Shown here: in pieces, positions 8,764 to 18,599 of the stretch | Numbering within the stretch: position 1 is the stretch's first letter | How the letters are laid out: each line of letters begins with the position of its first letter | From: a virus | Length of the DNA stretch: 64,000 nucleotides | IMG/VR virus record: IMGVR_UViG_3300049847_000494 | Span: 32,001-96,000 of that record | Direction: 5' to 3' (one strand) | Made by a program: the position numbers and the translations under genes | Notes under the pieces: model-generated | Seen by the model: the letters and a program-made list of their open reading frames with translations, nothing else | What the model was told of the DNA's origin: nothing | Database searches by the model: none

Positions 8764-11700
8764 CTAGGATTGAGAGAATAGTTTGTCATCAACACTATAA
8801 AGACCAAATAGTCTCTTAATAGGATAACGACCATTCCAGTAATACTTGAAGTTATATAATGTCTTAGTAGTAGTATCACGAAATACTTCAATATCTGTAG
8901 AGGGATCGAATGCCCTTTCGTTACCAGCATCATCAGTGTACGCACCAATAATGCCTTTAGTAACTAGATCGCGAAGAATCTGTGCTAAGAAAGTTCTGAC
9001 AACAGCCAAGCCCGCTTGTTCACTTGGAGGAACAATAGCCACCAGACTATCATCCATCTGATCACGAACACTCTTAGTAACATACTGACGTTGATTGATT
9101 GATACGCTAATCTCGTTATTATCAGAAGACGAGGTATCAACCGTAACAGATTCTTCAATTCTAAATACAGGAGCTGCTACACTACCTTGATTAGACAAGT
9201 ATAGAACAGAAGCAGCTTCTAACTGTAGCTCTTCCGATTCTGAGAATGTTTGCATTGACTTGAAGCCTGATACAAACTGTCGTAGTAAGGGAGTACCAGG
9301 GTCTGGAAAGCTAGCATTTTTAGCAGCTATAGCAGCTTGTATAAAAGATCCATCCAAAGTTACATCACTCTGCGACCCATCAGGTAGCGTAATAGTCTTA
9401 ACAGCTTTATTGTTAGCTACTAATACGCGTGTACCATGAGCAGGGTTTGAGCCATAAACCTGTAGAGTTTTCTTAGCTGTAGCTACTGTACTACCCGCAT
9501 TAGTAACACTACCAATTAGTGTACCCACAGGTAAGCCAACCCATAAAGCTCGTTCCTTACGTTCAAAAGGATCATTCATTCTTTCATTAGAAAGCAGCGC
9601 TGTAGCAAGAGAACTGTTACCGTTAAGTACCACGATATCAGTAATCTTGTTATTACCTTCTGTTGCTAAGATAGCGTTGTTTATATCAGATGTTGATATA
9701 ATCCCATCACTATCAGCATCAAAAGCTTGACAAGTATAAACACCAGGTGCACCATTATCACGTAGTGCTAACTCAGACGCAATCAACAGGTCATTACTCT
9801 TACTGGAAGGTCCTAGAAGACGTAAAGCCTCATCATAAGTCAAGCTAAGAATAGGTGTATTATACAGTTCAGCAGGACGCTTGATATTAGCTGTAATGTA
9901 ATAGAAATTCCCAGGTGATGGCTCCTCACCACGATATTCATACGAAATTTCAATACTGCTTGTAGGAGCACTACTTGGTAAGAACCAAACAATAGGAGTA
10001 CCTAGTACATGTGTCGCAGTTAGTAACGTCTGTGTTGCTGCATCTCGGACGGATAGAACACTACCATCTATAGGTGTATGACTCAGAATTACATAAGTAG
10101 CACCGACTGTACCAGTAATAGTACTTAAACCAAGATTATCCTTGTAAAATTCCGTTGTATTGAATACTTCGTTATTAATACGAGAGTATAGATTCCAATC
10201 TATAACATTAGAATTAATAGTAGAAAAAGTAAACTCATCATTAGCCGCGTATCTGTTTTGTGCTAATAATGTACCCACGTTACGAGCATAGGTAAATATA
10301 CCACCAGGTAAACGAAGCTCACCCGTAGTACCAGAAATAGCAGCTGTACCAAACCGACCCTCTGGGGTATCAGTAGTATATTGTACTTGAACAGTATTAG
10401 CAGCTGTGCTTGTCACAGTTATAGTATAGTTACGGCTATCTTTTGCCGTAACAAACCTACGAGGTGCCTTAGCTGTAAAGGTGAATTTATCACCAATAGT
10501 AAAGTTAGAAGTACCAAAAGTAAAAGCTAAATGTATACCAAGTTCTAAAGTAGCATTTAAGTTAGTAGCTGCTGACTCCGAGATATTTATAACACCTTCC
10601 GTGCTTACAGCATGAGCTGTAGTAGCTTCACCGTAACCAACCCACCTAAAGGTAGCTAAACGATTACCAGATAAACCGCTAGCTGCAGTACATACGATGA
10701 TGTAATTACGGTTAGATGTACCAGTATACGTGAAATCTTCTCGCACATCAAGAGCTACTGTTGGATCAGTAGCTGTCTCAACTACAGCCGAAAACTCAGG
10801 ATACTGGTTAGTATTCGATAACGTAGCATCCTTTTCAAGGATGCTTGGACCCACACCTGTAAAGGTTATAAGATTATCAGTTGAAGCAGCAACACCTGTA
10901 TCGCTAAGAGATAAACGAATAATGTCATTAGTAACTGGATCAAGTATAGCAGATTTAGAAGCAGAAGCTGCTACAGTAAACCGAACAGTTTGACCACGAA
11001 CAACCGTAACAATACCCGTATAAGCTTCAGCTACTGCAGAAGCATTTGTGTAGGTGATTTGATTTAAGCCCACATTTACAGAGGCTATCGTAAAGTAACC
11101 ATTATTAGCCGCAGTAGTAGCACCCGACACAACTACAGTTTTACCTACATCTGAAGTAAGTAAGGTTATTCCAGATACTGTAAGTGTCACAGTAGGTGTA
11201 GCAAAAGCAATACCAGCACCCGTAGCAATACCATTGGTAGCTACAGTATCGGCTGTATGGTACGGAGCAGGTGCACCAACTGAGTTACCACCACTACCTA
11301 GTGTAATACGTACTTCTGCATTGATAAAACCACCACCAACCGTAAGTACATCTAAAGTATATACACGATTATAGTTATGTGTGTATGTACCAGATACGGA
11401 TAATACAGGTGTACCTGTACCAGTAACTACGGGTGTAGTGAAGCTATGAAGATTGTAGTTAGCATTAGATGTGTTAGCTGTAATAGAACTCATAGAGACA
11501 GGGATGTTATAATTAACATTCTCTATGTACTTATCTTGACCTTCTGTATCTCCGACAAACCTAACCTCACGAATATCACTAAAAGGGAGTTCATCCTGTA
11601 GGGTTCTTGAATCTGACTGATAATCAATGAAGTAATCCGAGTTAGAGTCGTAGGCTTCAGCCGTGATAAAAACCTGATCAAAGTTACCAGAGTTTACAAC

Positions 11701-12015
11701 AGACTCACGAAAAGACCAAAAAAGATTTGATACAGGGGTACCATCTTCTTTGTAGAGAGTCGAAATGTTTTGATCATTCACAGCTGTATATGCTAGTGTA
11801 GCAGTGTGAGGTGCTGATGAGGTGAAGCTTAAAAGAACACCATTTCTGTAGCTCCTACGAATAGGAATATCATAGAGAGTCTGTAAACGACTACCCTTAC
11901 CAACAAAACAAGGTAAGCGAGCAAAACCACTTAGACCAGTGGGTTGAGGTCTAAATATACGACCAATGTATGCACCAGGTTTCGTTGCACGTGTTGTAGT
12001 GAGAATATCAGCCAT
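8764..12015 (-). CDS. contractile tail sheath protein with large beta-rich insertion domains
   Basis: N-terminal KPGAYI...PCFVGKG; C-terminal LDGSFIQAAIAA, FRIEESVT and Y...YPIK sheath motifs; 1083 aa. Confidence 0.85.
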   Translation of the reverse strand: MADILTTTRATKPGAYIGRIFRPQPTGLSGFARLPCFVGKGSRLQTLYDIPIRRSYRNGVLLSFTSSAPHTATLAYTAVNDQNISTLYKEDGTPVSNLFWSFRESVVNSGNFDQVFITAEAYDSNSDYFIDYQSDSRTLQDELPFSDIREVRFVGDTEGQDKYIENVNYNIPVSMSSITANTSNANYNLHSFTTPVVTGTGTPVLSVSGTYTHNYNRVYTLDVLTVGGGFINAEVRITLGSGGNSVGAPAPYHTADTVATNGIATGAGIAFATPTVTLTVSGITLLTSDVGKTVVVSGATTAANNGYFTIASVNVGLNQITYTNASAVAEAYTGIVTVVRGQTVRFTVAASASKSAILDPVTNDIIRLSLSDTGVAASTDNLITFTGVGPSILEKDATLSNTNQYPEFSAVVETATDPTVALDVREDFTYTGTSNRNYIIVCTAASGLSGNRLATFRWVGYGEATTAHAVSTEGVINISESAATNLNATLELGIHLAFTFGTSNFTIGDKFTFTAKAPRRFVTAKDSRNYTITVTSTAANTVQVQYTTDTPEGRFGTAAISGTTGELRLPGGIFTYARNVGTLLAQNRYAANDEFTFSTINSNVIDWNLYSRINNEVFNTTEFYKDNLGLSTITGTVGATYVILSHTPIDGSVLSVRDAATQTLLTATHVLGTPIVWFLPSSAPTSSIEISYEYRGEEPSPGNFYYITANIKRPAELYNTPILSLTYDEALRLLGPSSKSNDLLIASELALRDNGAPGVYTCQAFDADSDGIISTSDINNAILATEGNNKITDIVVLNGNSSLATALLSNERMNDPFERKERALWVGLPVGTLIGSVTNAGSTVATAKKTLQVYGSNPAHGTRVLVANNKAVKTITLPDGSQSDVTLDGSFIQAAIAAKNASFPDPGTPLLRQFVSGFKSMQTFSESEELQLEAASVLYLSNQGSVAAPVFRIEESVTVDTSSSDNNEISVSINQRQYVTKSVRDQMDDSLVAIVPPSEQAGLAVVRTFLAQILRDLVTKGIIGAYTDDAGNERAFDPSTDIEVFRDTTTKTLYNFKYYWNGRYPIKRLFGLYSVDDKLFSQS

Positions 12016-12082
12016 TTTTATGTTACCTCAGGTACTCAGCTTGCACTGTAGACCCAACTTAAAGAATAAGACTATCTAAATT

Positions 12083-12931
12083 TTACAAAGAATTTTTTCC
12101 GCCAATACCTAATTCGTCTTTAAGGCGTTGTTCAAATTTTTTAGCTTTAAACTTATTAAGGTTTATAGATTTCCATTCCTGGTATTCAGCTTCTTCTGAT
12201 TCATATTCTTTTTGTTGTTTAATTTTACGTGCTTGTTGCTCTAATTCTTCTTCCTGTTTTTTTACTATTGCTTTAGCTTTAACTAAAGCATTTTCAAAAA
12301 ATTCATCTAAATCCTCAACTATTTGAGTCAAGAATCCTTTAAAATTAGGATGCCAAGGAATTTTACCTGAAGCAAGAATCAAAGGTTTTTGATTTACTTG
12401 TTGCAAAACAGCTGTATGATTACCTGATTCTGTATCATACACTAAGCTAAGTTTAGTGTTAGCACTAACCGCCTTAGTAGCTCTAACTACAGTGTTATTT
12501 TCAGTCGAAACTTCATATTCATAAATATTATGAAGTTTTCTAGCTATAATATCAAGTACTTCTTCTTTAGGTGGACTAACTACTTTTTCTTCACCACCTA
12601 TTAACTTACGCGCTTCTTGATCAATCATTTCAGCTAAATGATAGGCAGGCTCAAAGTGAAAATCTATCTGACTCCTTTTACCATTTTTGGTACCTATTAA
12701 AACAGCATCAGATCCGAATGTAGGACTAAAAGCAATCCAAGCTATATTATCACCAATAGTTAAGCTATAACCTAAAAGGTTAGAATTCCAACCTAAAGTT
12801 TTAAGCTTAGACTTAATATCAGCTGCTCGTTCACGTTTTTCTTTGTTATTACTAGGATATTGTGCTGTCAGAGCATCGGCGTATACCTCTAAAGAGAGGG
12901 CTAATCTAGCTATATTTTTAGCTGTTGACAC
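12083..12931 (-). CDS. hypothetical protein, putative virion cargo
   Basis: N-terminal IARLALSLEVYADALTA helix; C-terminal coiled coil. Confidence 0.6.
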   Translation of the reverse strand: MSTAKNIARLALSLEVYADALTAQYPSNNKEKRERAADIKSKLKTLGWNSNLLGYSLTIGDNIAWIAFSPTFGSDAVLIGTKNGKRSQIDFHFEPAYHLAEMIDQEARKLIGGEEKVVSPPKEEVLDIIARKLHNIYEYEVSTENNTVVRATKAVSANTKLSLVYDTESGNHTAVLQQVNQKPLILASGKIPWHPNFKGFLTQIVEDLDEFFENALVKAKAIVKKQEEELEQQARKIKQQKEYESEEAEYQEWKSINLNKFKAKKFEQRLKDELGIGGKNSL

Positions 12932-12934
12932 AGA

Positions 12935-13345
12935 TTAGCCTTCCAAAGAATCAGCGTCCTCAATAGAAGGTTCAGGCGCCGGAGCAGGAGCCGCAGGTGC
13001 TGGCACAGCTTGATTCTGTGCTGCTTGAGCAGCTTGTGCCTTATTACGCAAGCTCATATAAAAAGCATGTAGATGCTGCTCTAAAGCATTAGCTTCATCA
13101 ATAAGCTTTTGAACTTCTTTAGCTTCCTCACTATCCTCACCATAAGTATCAATAAAGATATAGGAAAGCGATTGCCCACGATTAGAGTTCCACCAACCTA
13201 AAAAGTCAGGCCAGCTGGAAATTTCCACCTCTGACTCTTTACTGGAAGCTGCATTGATTTCCCTAATTAGCTGGGGAATTTTAGCCGAGTATTCGTGAAA
13301 ACCTTTGTCTTCAAGCTCTACAGCAAGTTTTAGCAGTTTATTCAT
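12935..13345 (-). CDS. putative internal head protein
   Basis: N-terminal LLKLAVELEDKGFHEYSAKI helix; Pro/Ala tail; GGGG SD. Confidence 0.65.
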   Translation of the reverse strand: MNKLLKLAVELEDKGFHEYSAKIPQLIREINAASSKESEVEISSWPDFLGWWNSNRGQSLSYIFIDTYGEDSEEAKEVQKLIDEANALEQHLHAFYMSLRNKAQAAQAAQNQAVPAPAAPAPAPEPSIEDADSLEG

Positions 13346-13409
13346 TTAATAAATCCCCAACAAAAGTTAAAATCAATACTGTAATAATACATAACAATAT
13401 TTTGTTATG

Positions 13410-14444
13410 TTAATTTGCCGAGCATTTTACTGCCCATTTCTCTTTAACTTTACCACGTTCCAACAATAAAACATTAAAATTACCAATACGTTTAGGTATG
13501 ATAATATTGTCTATTGTAACTATAGCTACACGAGGGTCATCGCTAACCAATTTAGCCTCGGCTGGTATCCAGGATAAGCCAATAGGCGTAGGCTTACCTA
13601 ACCTAACTACATCTGGTACAATAATACTAGTCACTTCAAACTGAGGATCAGGTTTAAAACCCATGCTACCATCTACATGATGTATACCATCAGGTGTAGA
13701 CCCTTCCAAATAATCACTAACTTTCATAAGTTGTGTTTGTTGGGAAAAAGCATGCTGTATTCGCGATTCAAAAGCCACTTCCAAATCTACACCAGATGTC
13801 CAAAAAGCATCCTTAGCATCAGATGTATAAAACTTACGAGATAAACCTTGTGGAGTAAACATAGCAGGTAAGCGAACTTCCCACTTGTCTTGGGGTCTAT
13901 TACTATGTAATATATGACTTTTATTAAAAATAGTAAGTGGACCAAGTATATATAATAACAAGTCTCTTAGATCGCCGCATGTTGTTTCATCATTTGCTGC
14001 AATTTCTAATGAAAGAGAAACATTAGCAAGTATCTGCGTAAATACAGTTGACGTGAAAGGGCTAATATAACCAGAACCTAATATACCACCTAAACCAGAA
14101 GGTTCATATTCTATCTTAGAATCTACTATAATAATACAAGGTAACTTAGCTCGAAGTTGTCCCCATAAACGCGCAAGTTGAAGATTATAAACAGTAGGGT
14201 CAGCCGGATCTAAAGATCCAGTAATACCTGTCTCATACTGAATAGAATAAGGAGCTGTAAGTTTGAGCTGTTCTCTATAACACCCAGTAGGACTGAAGTA
14301 CTTATCAAGATAATCTTGCATTGCACTTTTTACAGTAGATGTAACACGAGCTTCTGCTACCTGAGAAGCTGCTTGCTTGCTTGATTTAGGTACAGAACTA
14401 AATATATAATCTTCAGGTTTTTCACTGTCATCAACAATAGACAT
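13410..14444 (-). CDS. putative tail completion/neck protein with a C-terminal Ig-like domain
   Basis: LPCIIIVD and SLSLEIAANDE...DLRD patterns like tail terminators; SDDPRVAIV...IIPKRIG resembles Big_2; upstream of sheath. Confidence 0.5.
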   Translation of the reverse strand: MSIVDDSEKPEDYIFSSVPKSSKQAASQVAEARVTSTVKSAMQDYLDKYFSPTGCYREQLKLTAPYSIQYETGITGSLDPADPTVYNLQLARLWGQLRAKLPCIIIVDSKIEYEPSGLGGILGSGYISPFTSTVFTQILANVSLSLEIAANDETTCGDLRDLLLYILGPLTIFNKSHILHSNRPQDKWEVRLPAMFTPQGLSRKFYTSDAKDAFWTSGVDLEVAFESRIQHAFSQQTQLMKVSDYLEGSTPDGIHHVDGSMGFKPDPQFEVTSIIVPDVVRLGKPTPIGLSWIPAEAKLVSDDPRVAIVTIDNIIIPKRIGNFNVLLLERGKVKEKWAVKCSAN

Positions 14445-14479
14445 TTAATACCTTATAGAGGTGTATGTATACATCTTGA

Positions 14480-14920
14480 CTACGTTTTTTTAGCTTTATC
14501 TTCCTCTTCCATACGATTAATAAAGTCATAAACAGTATTACGGGACACTTTTGTTTTGTGACTCTTAACAAAGTCCTCTATTGTAATATAACGAGATGCT
14601 GCTTTAGTATGACCTGGATGGTCAAAAATGATACCTGAAATATTCTTAGCCTTAAATAGAGCAAACCTAGCTATCTTAATTAAGCTAGACTGAATTTGTT
14701 TGCCTTGTGGTCCTTGTGTTCTAGTTAGCTCAACAATAGATTCTATTAGACTAGGTTTTTGTAATAACGCATATCTATATGCTGAATCATAGGATGTAAA
14801 AACTAGAATATTATAACTACCGGTAGTAGGATCCCACTCTAAGGCAGGCAAGCCATCAGGATCCTTTACAGAAAATGCATAAAATATAGTAGTGTCTAAA
14901 TTTATAACATGCTCTGTCAT
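14480..14920 (-). CDS. hypothetical protein
   Basis: ATGA-coupled ORF of 146 aa. Confidence 0.6.
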   Translation of the reverse strand: MTEHVINLDTTIFYAFSVKDPDGLPALEWDPTTGSYNILVFTSYDSAYRYALLQKPSLIESIVELTRTQGPQGKQIQSSLIKIARFALFKAKNISGIIFDHPGHTKAASRYITIEDFVKSHKTKVSRNTVYDFINRMEEEDKAKKT

Positions 14921-15561
14921 TTTCTAACTCTATAGTATTTGTTTTTTGTATTACCGCAATGTACTCTATAAAATAAATTTGGATTTGTTTTTATATGAGG
15001 TGCTGCCCAATCGGTAGCTCTATTAGAGCAAGAGTCAGGTATAGAACCTTCACTCCAAGCTTTTACAAAAATACGGACACTAAACCAGGAATTTTTATAA
15101 TTATTCCAACTTGCATGGCGAGGCCAACCTACAGGTTTTGTCTCACCATCTTCAGGTAAGTACTGCACCCAACGTTGTCTAGGTCGATTACGGAACCTAG
15201 GTTTAAATCCAGTACAATACGAAAACAGGAAATTCTTAAAAGTTAGGCTTGGATCCTTAGCATTAGCTTTATGCCACTTTCTTGCTAATATCCAAAGGAT
15301 AGAAGCGTATTCCCTGTCAGCCTCAAAACCCGCCTCTGATACAAGCGCACGAGATACCCAAAGTAAAGTATCCTCTGACAACTGACTTATAGGTAAAGGT
15401 GGTTTCCCTACCACTACACTTGATTCTAGTGCAACTATTCCAAGGTCATCGCAAACAAAACCCTTACGCACAAAAGAATAATCAAAACATATACTTTGAC
15501 TATAACTTTTAGGTGCGTAAACCAAAAGAAAGGATAAACTTAAAAGTAATTTAATCATCAA
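14917..15561 (-). CDS. secreted SleB/Hydrolase_2-like cell wall hydrolase (putative)
   Basis: N-terminal signal-like peptide; LLWVSRALVSEAG resembles the LA...EA catalytic-Glu helix; C-terminal CGNTKNKYY. Confidence 0.45.
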   Translation of the reverse strand: MMIKLLLSLSFLLVYAPKSYSQSICFDYSFVRKGFVCDDLGIVALESSVVVGKPPLPISQLSEDTLLWVSRALVSEAGFEADREYASILWILARKWHKANAKDPSLTFKNFLFSYCTGFKPRFRNRPRQRWVQYLPEDGETKPVGWPRHASWNNYKNSWFSVRIFVKAWSEGSIPDSCSNRATDWAAPHIKTNPNLFYRVHCGNTKNKYYRVRK

Positions 15562-16661
15562 ACCACCTTCAAAGGAGCAGTAGCCATCAACTCTAGACTC
15601 TTAATCACTACTAAGTCAAGTACATCATAAGGATCTAACGAATATTGTTTAGCTTGACTTAGACCTGTTAAATGCAAATCTAACAGTTTGATTATATGCT
15701 CTTTGGTGTAGTTTCTCTTGAAAGATTGCATAAGAAAAGAAGATACCTTAGGATCCGATGTTACACCTGTAAGTTCATATAGGATATCACGTAAAAATTT
15801 ATAAACTATATGTAGAAAATATTCAGGATTCTCCACTTGCTTTACTGATTTACAGCAAAGACGATGTGATGCATCAAGTAAATACTGAACATATTTACTT
15901 ACAAGTATCTCAGGTGGTAAACTCCCAAGCTCTTCGAAAACAGTAGGTAATATCTCTTCCAGGTTATCAGGTATTACACCTTTAGATATAACGTAATGTT
16001 GTACCTGTTCCAGTAACATCAGAGCATTCCGGGGATGCCCATCAGCTAAATTAGCTACTAAATCTATGACTTTTGAAGGGAAAGGTAGCTTTTCCTCCTC
16101 ACAAACCATTGAAAGTAATCCCTGAATATTTTTAGTTGGTACTTTCTGTAGCTTTATATGCTGACATCTACTTCTTATAGAAGCTAATATCTTCTGTGGG
16201 TCTGTAGTGCAAAGTAACCAAAGGGTTTTCTTTGGTGGTTCTTCCAGTGGCTTAAGAAGAGCTTGTGAACTGGTGGTTGTAAGCTGATGAATTTCGTCCA
16301 ATATAAAAACACGATAATTACTACGTGGTGTGAAGCTTGCAGAATTTATAAGCTCTCTTATATCATCAATACCACGCGTATTAGCTGCATTGATTTCAAT
16401 GATATCTGGATGTGTACCGTTATCAAGAGCTATACATGATTTACATACACCACAGGCGTTCCGCGTATCACAATTAACATAGCGAGCTACTATACGAGCT
16501 AATGTAGTTTTACCTACACCATATTCACCACTCAACATAATAGTAGGGTTTATCTTGTTGTTGTAGATCATACTTTCTAAAGTACCTACAGCAACCTTTT
16601 GACCTACTACATCAATAAACTTTTTTGGACGGTATTTGCCTGTAAGTTGGACGTAATCCAT
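15558..16661 (-). CDS. dnaX: DNA polymerase III clamp loader subunit gamma/tau
   Basis: KYRP, Walker A GEYGVGKT, C4 zinc cluster, DEIH, LLKPLEEPP and SRC. Confidence 0.95.
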   Translation of the reverse strand: MDYVQLTGKYRPKKFIDVVGQKVAVGTLESMIYNNKINPTIMLSGEYGVGKTTLARIVARYVNCDTRNACGVCKSCIALDNGTHPDIIEINAANTRGIDDIRELINSASFTPRSNYRVFILDEIHQLTTTSSQALLKPLEEPPKKTLWLLCTTDPQKILASIRSRCQHIKLQKVPTKNIQGLLSMVCEEEKLPFPSKVIDLVANLADGHPRNALMLLEQVQHYVISKGVIPDNLEEILPTVFEELGSLPPEILVSKYVQYLLDASHRLCCKSVKQVENPEYFLHIVYKFLRDILYELTGVTSDPKVSSFLMQSFKRNYTKEHIIKLLDLHLTGLSQAKQYSLDPYDVLDLVVIKSLELMATAPLKVV

Positions 16662-16674
16662 ATTTTATAACCTA

Positions 16675-17061
16675 TTAAAGTGTATTCTTTAAGAGAAGTA
16701 ACTTACTAAGTAAAGATTCAATACTTTCATTGTTACTCGCAGTATTTATATTAGGAATTTCCTCGTCCTCTTCATCCTCACCAAAGGGATCTTTAAAGAG
16801 CACTTCGTCTTTAACTAGAACGTCACACTTTTCTTCTGGTCCAGATACTGTAACAACATGACAATCAGTTGTTTCAATGGCAACATCAGGGTTTTCATAG
16901 AGGAAAGATGCCATACGTTTACAAACTTCAGCTGCCATCTCATAGTAGGAGGCTTGTAGCTTAAAAGCTTCATGCCCTGAAGTTGTTGATGTCACGCAAT
17001 GGTGCATGTCATCGCCTTTTTTATATACAGGAATTAATACTTCATAGGATTTCACACTCAT
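16675..17061 (-). CDS. hypothetical protein
   Basis: AAGGAG SD; 128 aa. Confidence 0.7.
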   Translation of the reverse strand: MSVKSYEVLIPVYKKGDDMHHCVTSTTSGHEAFKLQASYYEMAAEVCKRMASFLYENPDVAIETTDCHVVTVSGPEEKCDVLVKDEVLFKDPFGEDEEDEEIPNINTASNNESIESLLSKLLLLKNTL

Positions 17062-17075
17062 AACATCTCCTTTAA

Positions 17076-17522
17076 TTAAAACTTACCACTACTACCAAAA
17101 CCACGATCACCACGATCGTTTACAAAGTTATCTACAAACTCAGTAACTTCAACAATATCATGAAATTCAATAGCTTTAACAACTAATTGCGCTACCCTTT
17201 CACCTGCTTTCCCATAATAAGGGAAAGGGCTGTGATTAATAAGTAAAACCAAAATTTCTGAACGAAAATCGTTATCAATTGTGCCTGGTGTATTGAGAAC
17301 CGTTAGCTGATGGTTCTTTGCTAAGCCTGACCTTGGTCGTACCTGACCTTCATAACCTTCGGGGCATTGCATTGCAATGCCTGTGGGTATACTAATCATT
17401 CTACCTGGTTGTAATGCAAAATCATGCAACGCAAATATGTCCATACCTGAGGATCTAGAACTACCAGAATATGCTGGAAGCTTTGCACTAGGATCTAGCT
17501 TTTTAAAATTTACTGTAGCCAT
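17076..17522 (-). CDS. dut: trimeric dUTPase
   Basis: SGMDI, RPRSGLA, GTIDNDF, GERVAQL and RGDRGFGSSG motifs. Confidence 0.95.
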   Translation of the reverse strand: MATVNFKKLDPSAKLPAYSGSSRSSGMDIFALHDFALQPGRMISIPTGIAMQCPEGYEGQVRPRSGLAKNHQLTVLNTPGTIDNDFRSEILVLLINHSPFPYYGKAGERVAQLVVKAIEFHDIVEVTEFVDNFVNDRGDRGFGSSGKF

Positions 17523-17532
17523 TTTAGCCTCT

Positions 17533-18210
17533 TTATACCATGTAATAGTGGTTTTTAATTGAATTAACAGTTGTATAGCTGCTATTCTGTAATCTATAAT
17601 CGAAAAGGCAAGCCTCTTCCCAATTACCTACTCTAAGTAAATCTGCAATAAGTTGTTGTAACCAAAACTTACCAGTAACACACCCAACTATTAAATCAGG
17701 TTTAATAGTTAAACTTTCAGTTTCAGAACGATGACTATCTTTACTTGGCAAACTATCCACTCGAATTATCTGTATAATCTTACCACCTAGAGATCGTATA
17801 GCCTCAACTTCATTTATAAAGCGTGTATCAGGTATAAGTACATCACTAGCCTCTGTAACACCCATTAGTAGATTATCTACCCAGTAGCTATCCTTAGCTG
17901 ACCTTACATAATCTGTACCCACATACTGGAGTAATTCTCTGGGGGAATTCGCACTCAAATTTTTAGTACTAAGAACAAGCCCCGTAGCCTCTTGTAAGGA
18001 AGCTAGGTAGCTATCGATATGAATAGGTTTGTCAAAGAGCAGCTCTTTAAGATCAGGATCATGAAACTGGGAAAAACTTAGATTAAAAACATAACTACAT
18101 ATGTTTTTAAGTTTGGTAGCCCCATGTTCAATCCTATAAGGATTGCCTACCATTCTAGCAAAAGTATCTTTACCAGAAAACTTAGCTCCCATAATACCAT
18201 AAACAGCCAT
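17533..18210 (-). CDS. deoxynucleoside monophosphate kinase (T4 gp1-like)
   Basis: GAKFSGKDT P-loop, SPRELLQYVGTD, DTRFINE and HRSE. Confidence 0.9.
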   Translation of the reverse strand: MAVYGIMGAKFSGKDTFARMVGNPYRIEHGATKLKNICSYVFNLSFSQFHDPDLKELLFDKPIHIDSYLASLQEATGLVLSTKNLSANSPRELLQYVGTDYVRSAKDSYWVDNLLMGVTEASDVLIPDTRFINEVEAIRSLGGKIIQIIRVDSLPSKDSHRSETESLTIKPDLIVGCVTGKFWLQQLIADLLRVGNWEEACLFDYRLQNSSYTTVNSIKNHYYMV

Positions 18211-18230
18211 ATTTTAACCTCAAGTTTAAA

Positions 18231-18346
18231 AGTCCTGGGATTTATAAGTGGTAACCATCCACCTATAAATCTAACGCAGCCAGGGCTACGGAACAATAGA
18301 AGTTAGCACGCCATGAGTATTAGTCACCAGCTTGTTCATCTATTGT
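18231..18346 (-). ncRNA. candidate two-domain structured intergenic RNA
   Basis: ACAAUAGA/UCUAUUGU stem enclosing an inner hairpin; then CCUGG/CCAGG plus a 13-bp GAUUUAUAGGUGG/CCACUUAUAAAUC stem; shares GGCRUGCUAACUU with 6371-6383. Confidence 0.4.
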
Positions 18347-18347
18347 A

Positions 18348-18596
18348 TTAATCATTATTAAGGAATCGAGAAAGCTTATAACGAGGACCAGATACAATAA
18401 AACCATCAGTAGTTTCGTCTGTAATCGAGCAATCAGGGTTTGTACGAAGGAAATTATAAAGATTTTTTGTAACTAATGCAGCTTTTTCGTAAGCTTTATA
18501 ACGATTTCCAACGTAAGACATTGGAAATGTATTTCTAGTTTCAGGTGCAATATACAACACAAAAGTAATGTCAATAATATCAGTATTAGTAGTCAT
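18348..18596 (-). CDS. hypothetical protein
   Basis: 82-aa ORF tightly packed in the operon. Confidence 0.6.
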   Translation of the reverse strand: MTTNTDIIDITFVLYIAPETRNTFPMSYVGNRYKAYEKAALVTKNLYNFLRTNPDCSITDETTDGFIVSGPRYKLSRFLNND

Positions 18597-18599
18597 AGC

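Noticed and set aside
8323-8766. Read-through from sheath into the in-frame downstream ORF
   Set aside because: Two consecutive TAG codons, and the downstream gene has its own GAGG and ATG (8748)
18231-18290. Twister or hammerhead ribozyme (UAACGCAGC next to a stem on the plus strand)
   Set aside because: The remaining conserved twister elements and the hammerhead CUGANGA/GAAA core are absent
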